Part shown: one piece after another, positions 57,881 through 64,000 of the stretch
Layout of the letters: each line of letters begins with the position of its first letter
How positions within the stretch are numbered: position 1 is the first letter of the stretch
Assembly (NCBI GenBank): GCA_016188295.1
Contig: JACPIA010000004.1
Span: 42,478-106,477 of the forward strand
Direction: 5' to 3'
Source of the DNA: Candidatus Vogelbacteria bacterium
Lineage (GTDB): Bacteria > Patescibacteriota > Minisyncoccia > Phycocordibacterales > XYD1-FULL-46-19
Length of the DNA stretch: 64,000 nucleotides
The notes under the pieces: model-generated
Told to the model about the DNA's origin: nothing
The model's input: the letters and a program-made list of their open reading frames with translations, nothing else
Databases searched by the model: none
Position numbers and translations under genes: made by a program

Positions 57881-59008
57881 CTATCTTATTTCCGCTTGGA
57901 ATTGCGTTTTAGTCTCCGTTTCGATTTTTTGGTGGAGGGGGTCGATTTCGTCCGTGGTTAAAGTCCGTTCCGTCGAGCGGTAAATGATGCGATAAGTGTA
58001 ACTGATTTTATCGGCGCCAAACTTGGCCACATTTTCGTATTTGTCGAGTAAAGTCACTTCCTCAATTAAATTACCACCAATATCGCGGATTAAATCAAAA
58101 TAATTATTTGGCACAAAAGTATTAGGCACAATAAACGAGATATCTCGCGTAACGCTTGGATATTTAGATACTTCTTTAAATTTATTACCAAGTTTTAACT
58201 GACGCTTAACGCGTTCATCGTTAGACCACAAAAGACGAATATCCGGCAATTCCATACTAATAATCGCCAAACGTTCAAGACCAAAACCAAAGGCCCAACC
58301 GTTATAGCTGGTAACGTCCATATTGGCTAGGACGGATTTACGGACCATACCACCGCCTAAAATTTCCACCCATTTGCCATCAACTTCTACCTCCGCCTCC
58401 AGTGATGGATCAGTGTAGGGGAAGGTATCTGGATTAAACCGATATTTAATCTCGGGGCCAAAAATACTTTTAATAATCTCAGACAAAGCGTTTTTTAAAT
58501 CTTCGATAGTTAATGTTTTCTCACTATCTGGTACTAAATACCAACCACCCATTTGGTGAAAGATGTTCATGTGGCGACGATCGATCTCATCTTTACGATA
58601 CACTTTACCGTAACAAAGAGTACCGAGAGGTTCTTGATTGGCAATTCTTATTTTTATTTGGGGTTCGTTTAAATAGTAATACCAAAAGACGGTATCGTGG
58701 GTACGCAGAATATTTTTATCATCTACATAATAAGTATCACTCTTAGAGCGAGCCGGATGGTCCGGAGCAAAATTAAATAAATCAAAACTGACGCTCGCCG
58801 GCACGATTTCTGGGATATCAATGACATCAAAATCAGCTAAAATTGGTACAGCTTTAACGCGTTTTACCATCTCTTCTAATGGACTACCTAAAGTACGAGA
58901 AAGATCGGGCATCGTCAAGTAACGTTCAATTCGCCGAGCCTCGGTGTCAGTCCGGGCCAGCAAAATATCTCGTAATTTGTTTTCTCTGTGATTAATCTTA
59001 ATTTCCAT
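57881..59008 (-). CDS. pheS: monomeric (organelle-type) phenylalanine-tRNA ligase: alpha catalytic domain + FDX-ACB
   Basis: DHPAR..DTYY, YRKDEID..H..FHQ, FPYTDPSLE, GWAFGFGLERL, then YPSVTRDISF...YRIIYRSTERTLT. Confidence 0.9.
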   Translation of the reverse strand: MEIKINHRENKLRDILLARTDTEARRIERYLTMPDLSRTLGSPLEEMVKRVKAVPILADFDVIDIPEIVPASVSFDLFNFAPDHPARSKSDTYYVDDKNILRTHDTVFWYYYLNEPQIKIRIANQEPLGTLCYGKVYRKDEIDRRHMNIFHQMGGWYLVPDSEKTLTIEDLKNALSEIIKSIFGPEIKYRFNPDTFPYTDPSLEAEVEVDGKWVEILGGGMVRKSVLANMDVTSYNGWAFGFGLERLAIISMELPDIRLLWSNDERVKRQLKLGNKFKEVSKYPSVTRDISFIVPNTFVPNNYFDLIRDIGGNLIEEVTLLDKYENVAKFGADKISYTYRIIYRSTERTLTTDEIDPLHQKIETETKTQFQAEIR

Positions 59009-59063
59009 CAGTTATTTAAATCTAGCAAATTATTAGCCGATTTGCTATAATCAGACTATAAAT

Positions 59064-61118
59064 ATGGCTAAAACAAGCGCTAAGGCTGGCTCCTACGGGG
59101 CGGACGATATTCAAGTTTTGGAGGGTCTGGAACCAGTCCGCAAACGTCCCGGGATGTATATTGGTTCAACCGGGCCTGAAGGTCTCCAGCACTTATTGGT
59201 GGAGATTTTTGATAACTCCCGCGACGAGGCGATGAACGGTTTTGCTGACGAAATTGAGGTGGCTATTTTACCTGGTAATGCTGTGCGCGTGGTGGATAAT
59301 GGTCGCGGTATCCCAGTCGACGTCCATAAAAAGACCAAAGTCTCCACTTTAGAGACAGTGATGACCGTACTCCACGCGGGTGGTAAATTTGAAAACGAAG
59401 GTTATAAGATTTCTGGTGGTTTGCACGGAGTGGGTGCCTCGGTGGTCAATGCTCTATCTAGTTGGCTTAAAGTGATGGTCTATCGCGATGACGGTATTTA
59501 TATCCAAGAGTATAGACGTGGCAAAAAAGAGTACAACGTTAAAAAAGTCGGCTCCACCAAACAGACGGGGACGATTATCACTTTTCAGCCGGATGATACC
59601 ATTTTCTCAGAAACGATTTATGATTGGTCACGAGTGGTCAGTCAATTGCGAGGTCAAGCTTACTTGGTTAAAAAATTAAGAATTAGAGTAATTGATGCCC
59701 GTAATTACATCGGCAAAATTAAAGCGGATGAAGTATTTTATCTTAAAGAGCTTGATTTGCCGGTGTTATCTGAGACATTTTACTTTGAGGGGGGATTACT
59801 TTCATTGGTTAAATTTTATAATCAAAAACAAAAGCCTATTCAAAAAGAGATTTTTTATATCGAAAAGGAAACTAATAATATTATGGTGGAAGTGGCCCTG
59901 CAGTACATCGACGATATTACCGCCAAAGAGATTAGTTTTACCAATAATACCAACACCCCCGAAGGAGGGACACATTTAACCGGCTTCCGCACTGCGCTAA
60001 CGCGCACCCTTAATGACTATGCTCGTAAAAATAATTTACTTAAAGATAATGACGAGAACTTTACTGGCGATGATGTTCGCGAAGGTATTACCTCGGTAGT
60101 GTCGGTCAAATTGCGCGATCCCCAATTTGAGGGGCAGACTAAAGCTAAGCTTGGCTCGGTCGAGGCTCGCGGCGCGGTGGAGACCGTATTTGGCGAGGCC
60201 TTCACCTTTTTTTTAGAAGAGCATCCGGAGGACGCTCGGGCCATTATTGGTAAAGTAATTTTAGCGCTTAAGGCGCGTAAAGCGGCTAAAGCGGCCAAAG
60301 ATAGTGTGCTTCGTAAGGGAGCACTCGAGGGTATGACTTTGCCGGGTAAATTAGCTGACTGCCAAACGCGCAATATGGAGGAAGCAGAGCTATTTATTGT
60401 GGAAGGAGATTCGGCTGGTGGCTCGAGCAAGCAAGGGCGTGATCGTCGGACCCAAGCGGTGTTACCCCTTAAAGGCAAAATTTTAAACGTGGAGAAAGCA
60501 CGGCTAGATAAAATGCTTGACTCCAAAGAGGTTAAGTCTTTAGTAATTGCTTTAGGTACCGCCATTGGCGATGTGTTTGATATTTCTAAATTGCGCTATG
60601 GTAAAGTCATTATTGCCACTGATGCTGATGTTGATGGCGCTCATATTCGTACCTTGTTATTAACTTTATTTTACCGCTATTATCGACCGTTGATCGACAG
60701 TGCTCACATCTATATTGCGCAACCACCACTTTATAAAATCAAAAAAGGTAAAGACATTCGCTATGCTTACAGCGATCTTGAGAAAGATAATGTGATTAAA
60801 GAGCTGGGTGGCGAAGTAGTGACTGGTCAAGAGGCGTTAACTGGTAGTGATGAGGAGGCCGAGGATGAAGCCGAGAAGGAGACTAAAATCAAACGAGTAA
60901 CTAAAATCGCTATTCAGCGTTATAAAGGTCTGGGAGAGATGAATCCGGAGGAACTCTGGGAGACGACTATGGATCCGGCGCGCCGGATTTTAAAACAAGT
61001 TACTGTAGAAGAGGCGGAAGAGGCCGACAAAACTTTTGACATTTTAATGGGTAACGAGGTTGAGCCGCGCCGGATCTTTATTCAAACCCACGCCAAATTA
61101 GCTAATTTGGATATTTAA
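59064..61118 (+). CDS. gyrB: DNA gyrase subunit B
   Basis: RKRPGMYIG, GGLHGVG, EGDSAGG, PLKGK, TDADVDG, RYKGLGEMNP. Confidence 0.95.
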   Translation: MAKTSAKAGSYGADDIQVLEGLEPVRKRPGMYIGSTGPEGLQHLLVEIFDNSRDEAMNGFADEIEVAILPGNAVRVVDNGRGIPVDVHKKTKVSTLETVMTVLHAGGKFENEGYKISGGLHGVGASVVNALSSWLKVMVYRDDGIYIQEYRRGKKEYNVKKVGSTKQTGTIITFQPDDTIFSETIYDWSRVVSQLRGQAYLVKKLRIRVIDARNYIGKIKADEVFYLKELDLPVLSETFYFEGGLLSLVKFYNQKQKPIQKEIFYIEKETNNIMVEVALQYIDDITAKEISFTNNTNTPEGGTHLTGFRTALTRTLNDYARKNNLLKDNDENFTGDDVREGITSVVSVKLRDPQFEGQTKAKLGSVEARGAVETVFGEAFTFFLEEHPEDARAIIGKVILALKARKAAKAAKDSVLRKGALEGMTLPGKLADCQTRNMEEAELFIVEGDSAGGSSKQGRDRRTQAVLPLKGKILNVEKARLDKMLDSKEVKSLVIALGTAIGDVFDISKLRYGKVIIATDADVDGAHIRTLLLTLFYRYYRPLIDSAHIYIAQPPLYKIKKGKDIRYAYSDLEKDNVIKELGGEVVTGQEALTGSDEEAEDEAEKETKIKRVTKIAIQRYKGLGEMNPEELWETTMDPARRILKQVTVEEAEEADKTFDILMGNEVEPRRIFIQTHAKLANLDI

Positions 61119-61159
61119 ATTTTGTAGCAGACCTTAAATTAAAAGATTACACACTGATA

Positions 61160-61203
61160 CAAGTGTACCGCTAATCCGCATATGCGGGCGAATGGTACAC
61201 TTG
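61160..61203. repeat. 44-bp interrupted palindrome, copy 1
   Basis: caagtgtacc-N6-ccgcatatgcgg-N6-ggtacacttg. Confidence 0.8.
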
Positions 61204-61207
61204 GTTT

Positions 61208-61756
61208 TTAGAATAGTTTAAAATGTAATTTTAATTTGGCTTCGTTGGTCGGTTTCAGTAATTCGGCATAATTAACGTAAGGCCGTAATTCAAAAAACTC
61301 AATCACAAACTCAACTTCTTTTTGGCAAGGATATGGATAGATAAAGGCCGATTTTTGCCATTCATAAAATCCAAGTTCTTTTAGCTTCTCCCGCAAGGCG
61401 TCTCGGCCTTTGTTATTTTTATTAGGAATGTCGTAAATAACTAATCGCCACTTTTTGTCCCAACGGAGAGGCTTGGGGATTTTTATTTTGTCTAAATCAA
61501 AAGAATGGGCAATTTTTTCTCCAGATTTAGTGAGAGTGATAGTGATTGTTCCGTCTTTGTGTTCCCTGTAATCAATTAATTTTTGATGGTGGAAGTCGCT
61601 AAGTGCTCTATAAAGAGCGTGTCGATTAATTTCTTGCCAAGCTTTAGTGGTCTGACGTAAGACTAAATAATATTGTTTAGGAGATCGAGTAAGTGATAAA
61701 ACGGTACCACTAGCCAACAGTAATAGTATTTTCTTTTTAGTATCACTTTTTAACAT
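61208..61756 (-). CDS. wHTH + Cas2-like (PaaX central domain type) protein
   Basis: 'LT..G' winged helix, then WDKKWRLVIYDIP..R.ALR.KL.ELGF..QKS. Confidence 0.85.
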   Translation of the reverse strand: MLKSDTKKKILLLLASGTVLSLTRSPKQYYLVLRQTTKAWQEINRHALYRALSDFHHQKLIDYREHKDGTITITLTKSGEKIAHSFDLDKIKIPKPLRWDKKWRLVIYDIPNKNNKGRDALREKLKELGFYEWQKSAFIYPYPCQKEVEFVIEFFELRPYVNYAELLKPTNEAKLKLHFKLF

Positions 61757-61792
61757 TGGTTTTCAGTACCTTATATTTTCTCTATATTCTCT

Positions 61793-61836
61793 CAAGTATA
61801 CCAGATTTACATATATGCTGGGAAATGGAATACTTA
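61793..61836. repeat. 44-bp interrupted palindrome, degenerate copy 2
   Basis: caagtatacc-N6-acatatatgctg-N6-ggaatactta; 29/44 ungapped identity with copy 1. Confidence 0.65.
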
Positions 61837-61867
61837 CTCTTTATTACTAATTACTTAAGCCTTATAT

Positions 61868-63601
61868 TTAAACCCGATTTTTAATTTCGGTAGTTAATTT
61901 GGTGAGAAGGTCGGGGAGGGAGAGGACGGCTTTGTCGCCCGAGCGGGACTCGAGAGTGAAGGTGGCGGAATCTTTTTCCTTATCGCCAATGACAATAAAG
62001 TATGGATATTTTTTAGTTTTGACTTCACGAATACGTTTACCTAAAGTGTCATCGGCCGGCAACATCTCTACTCGGACATTTTCCAGTTTTAATTTAGTCG
62101 CCACTTCATCGGCATAACTTTGGTGATTATTCGCCACGGGCAAAACAGCGATTTGTTTAGGTGAGAGCCAGAGGGGGAATTGGCCACCAAGGTGCTCAAT
62201 CAACACTGCTAAAAAGCGCTCAATGGAGCCCATAATCGCAGCGTGGATCATTACAATACGCTCTTTTTTGCCCTCTTCATTAGTACAAGTAAGATCGAAA
62301 CGTTCAGGCATATTCATATCCAATTGAATTGTGGCGACTTGCCAAGTGCGGCCCAAAGAATCTGAACTCATAAAATCGATCTTTGGCCCATAAAAAGCAG
62401 CTTCACCAACAGCTTCTGGCGCGGTAAAACCTTTTTCCGTCACTAATTCTCTTAATTCTTGTTCGGATTGTCGCCAAGTATCGGCACTACCTAAATATGA
62501 CTCCATATTGGTAGGGTCGTGAAGCGAAAGGCGTGGTGATAATTTAAAGCCAAAGACGCCATAAAACTCCATAATAATATCCCAGATTTTAGTCATCTCT
62601 TCTTTCACTTGAGTTTGGCGGCAAAAAACGTGAGCATCGTCTTGGGTGATTGCTCGGACGCGAGTGAGGCCACTAAGTTCACCTGATTGCTCATCACGAT
62701 AAACTTTCGTCGTAGTAGCGTAACGTTGGGGTAATTCTCGATAACTCCAGCCTTTGCGATCATAAATTTGGGTGTGATGTGGACAATTCATCGGTTTGAG
62801 CACAAATAAATGGCCCTCACGAGTATTGATTTTAAATAATTCATCTTTAAATTTATCCCAATGACCACTGGTCTCGTATAATTCTTTTTTAGCGAGGTGG
62901 GGAATATCTACTCGTTCATAATCACGCATTGAACGTAGTGACCAGACAAAACCATCAAGTAAATCACGGAGTAAAGTACCGGTGGGGGTCCAGAGTGGTA
63001 AGCCCCCACCAACCAAGTCGGAGAAGGTAAACAAATCCATCTCTTTACCTAACTTACGGTGATCTCTTTTTTCGGCCTCCTCGCGCATGGTTAAATAATC
63101 AGTCAACTCTTGTTGAGAGTTAAAGGCTAAGCCGTAAATACGGGTAAGCATTTTGTTTTTTTCATCACCGCGCCAATAGGCGCCAGCTAAACGTTCGAGG
63201 CGGAAACTCTCTGGATCAATATTACTTAAATTATCACTATGGCCACCGCGGCATAAATCGGTAAATTCGCCAGAGGTGTATAAAGTAATTTTTTCACCCT
63301 TAGTTTCGATCTCGTCAATTAATTCTAATTTGTAAGGATTGTTGGCAAAAAGTTTTTTAGCTTCGGCGGCATCAACCTCCTGGCCACTAAACGCGGTCCA
63401 ATTTATGAGGAGTTTCCTCATAGTGGTTTCGAGCTTAGCTAAATCCGGCTCTTTTAAATTATCAAAATCATAATAAAAACCATTATCAATCGCTGGACCA
63501 ATCGAGGGTAAAGCCTCCGGGTAGAGCTCTTTTACTGCCGCGGCCAGTAAGTGGGCGAGAGAGTGACGCTGTTTAGTTAGACTGTCGTCCATAAAAACCA
63601 T
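61868..63601 (-). CDS. thrS: threonine-tRNA ligase
   Basis: RHSLAH, DLCRGGH, RDHRKLG, KPMNCP, GSIERF. Confidence 0.98.
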   Translation of the reverse strand: MVFMDDSLTKQRHSLAHLLAAAVKELYPEALPSIGPAIDNGFYYDFDNLKEPDLAKLETTMRKLLINWTAFSGQEVDAAEAKKLFANNPYKLELIDEIETKGEKITLYTSGEFTDLCRGGHSDNLSNIDPESFRLERLAGAYWRGDEKNKMLTRIYGLAFNSQQELTDYLTMREEAEKRDHRKLGKEMDLFTFSDLVGGGLPLWTPTGTLLRDLLDGFVWSLRSMRDYERVDIPHLAKKELYETSGHWDKFKDELFKINTREGHLFVLKPMNCPHHTQIYDRKGWSYRELPQRYATTTKVYRDEQSGELSGLTRVRAITQDDAHVFCRQTQVKEEMTKIWDIIMEFYGVFGFKLSPRLSLHDPTNMESYLGSADTWRQSEQELRELVTEKGFTAPEAVGEAAFYGPKIDFMSSDSLGRTWQVATIQLDMNMPERFDLTCTNEEGKKERIVMIHAAIMGSIERFLAVLIEHLGGQFPLWLSPKQIAVLPVANNHQSYADEVATKLKLENVRVEMLPADDTLGKRIREVKTKKYPYFIVIGDKEKDSATFTLESRSGDKAVLSLPDLLTKLTTEIKNRV

Positions 63602-63605
63602 TCTA

Positions 63606-64000
63606 TCAGAGCGCCTTCATTTGGTCGACTACGATCGAGGGCTCGCCATTACGATAAGACAGACGACCTTTAACGGCGACGCATTTTTCCGGCGAACATA
63701 ATTCGCGGTTATCAGCTAGAATTTTACTAAACACTACCAACTCAATACTATCAGTATAATCAGTCAGACGGACAAAAGCCATTTTGTCTCCTTTTTTAGT
63801 TAAAATCTCTTTTACTTCTTCAATTAGACCAGCTATCACTACTATGGCACCATCTTTTTCGGTTTTGGCTTTTTTAATATTATTGTGATTGTCTTTGAAT
63901 TTATCTTTAAAACGATCGAGGGGATGACCACTAATATATAGACCCAACAAATCCTTTTCCCACGCTAAACGATCCACATCACTAACTTCCATGGTGGTTA
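63606..64000 (-). CDS. dnaE: DNA polymerase III alpha subunit, C-terminal part (runs off the window)
   Basis: EKDLLGLYISGHPL, TKKGDKMAF..L.D OB-fold. Confidence 0.92.
   Translation of the reverse strand, partial: TTMEVSDVDRLAWEKDLLGLYISGHPLDRFKDKFKDNHNNIKKAKTEKDGAIVVIAGLIEEVKEILTKKGDKMAFVRLTDYTDSIELVVFSKILADNRELCSPEKCVAVKGRLSYRNGEPSIVVDQMKAL

Noticed and set aside
60017-60565. Many 60-180 aa ORFs overlapping housekeeping genes (e.g. antisense to gyrB)
   Set aside because: Shadow ORFs of well-supported genes with no independent signals.
61160-61836. CRISPR-Cas locus suggested by the Cas2-like protein and repeats
   Set aside because: Only two degenerate repeats ~630 bp apart, no spacers, and no cas1 or effector gene.
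1-64000. Alternative genetic code (TGA=Gly) as in some CPR lineages
   Set aside because: Conserved genes are full length under code 11, prfA and dnaE end in TGA, and RF2 is present.

Overview
Chromosomal segment of a small-genome Patescibacteria (CPR), most likely Parcubacteria-like; the taxonomy is inferred from gene content and style. It uses standard code 11 (RF2 is present and TGA acts as a stop). Housekeeping genes include secA, uppP, gatB, a gap-rpiB-rpe-tkt/pfkB-fba sugar cluster, prfB, ftsEX, pyrG, typA, rnj, secG, rplY, rpmE, prfA, rpsB, tsf, gyrB, thrS and the 3' end of dnaE. There are 7 intact tRNA genes and a csoR-copA copper islet. The accessory part is a surface-protein cluster at 6.2-16.4 kb. 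Best candidate for a new system: a cell-anchored protein (12323-13822) carries 8 free copies of an 'E-x-[ST]-F-T-T' strand, and a nearby secreted PKD-Fn3 protein (15774-16397) stops exactly before that final Fn3 strand. This suggests a donor-strand-complementation scaffold. Other highlights: a phage-fibre-like S74-chaperone gene broken twice by the same +1 frameshift inside an identical 254-bp repeat; three ORF-less promoter-to-terminator units that look like ncRNAs (one with a kissing loop, one antisense to the leader of a small membrane protein); a RAYT-type transposase and a wHTH-Cas2-like gene, each flanked by its own palindromes; a mitochondrial-type monomeric PheRS; and pervasive leaderless gene starts. 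No CRISPR array, rRNA or reverse transcriptase was seen. All calls come from motif reading, not database searches.
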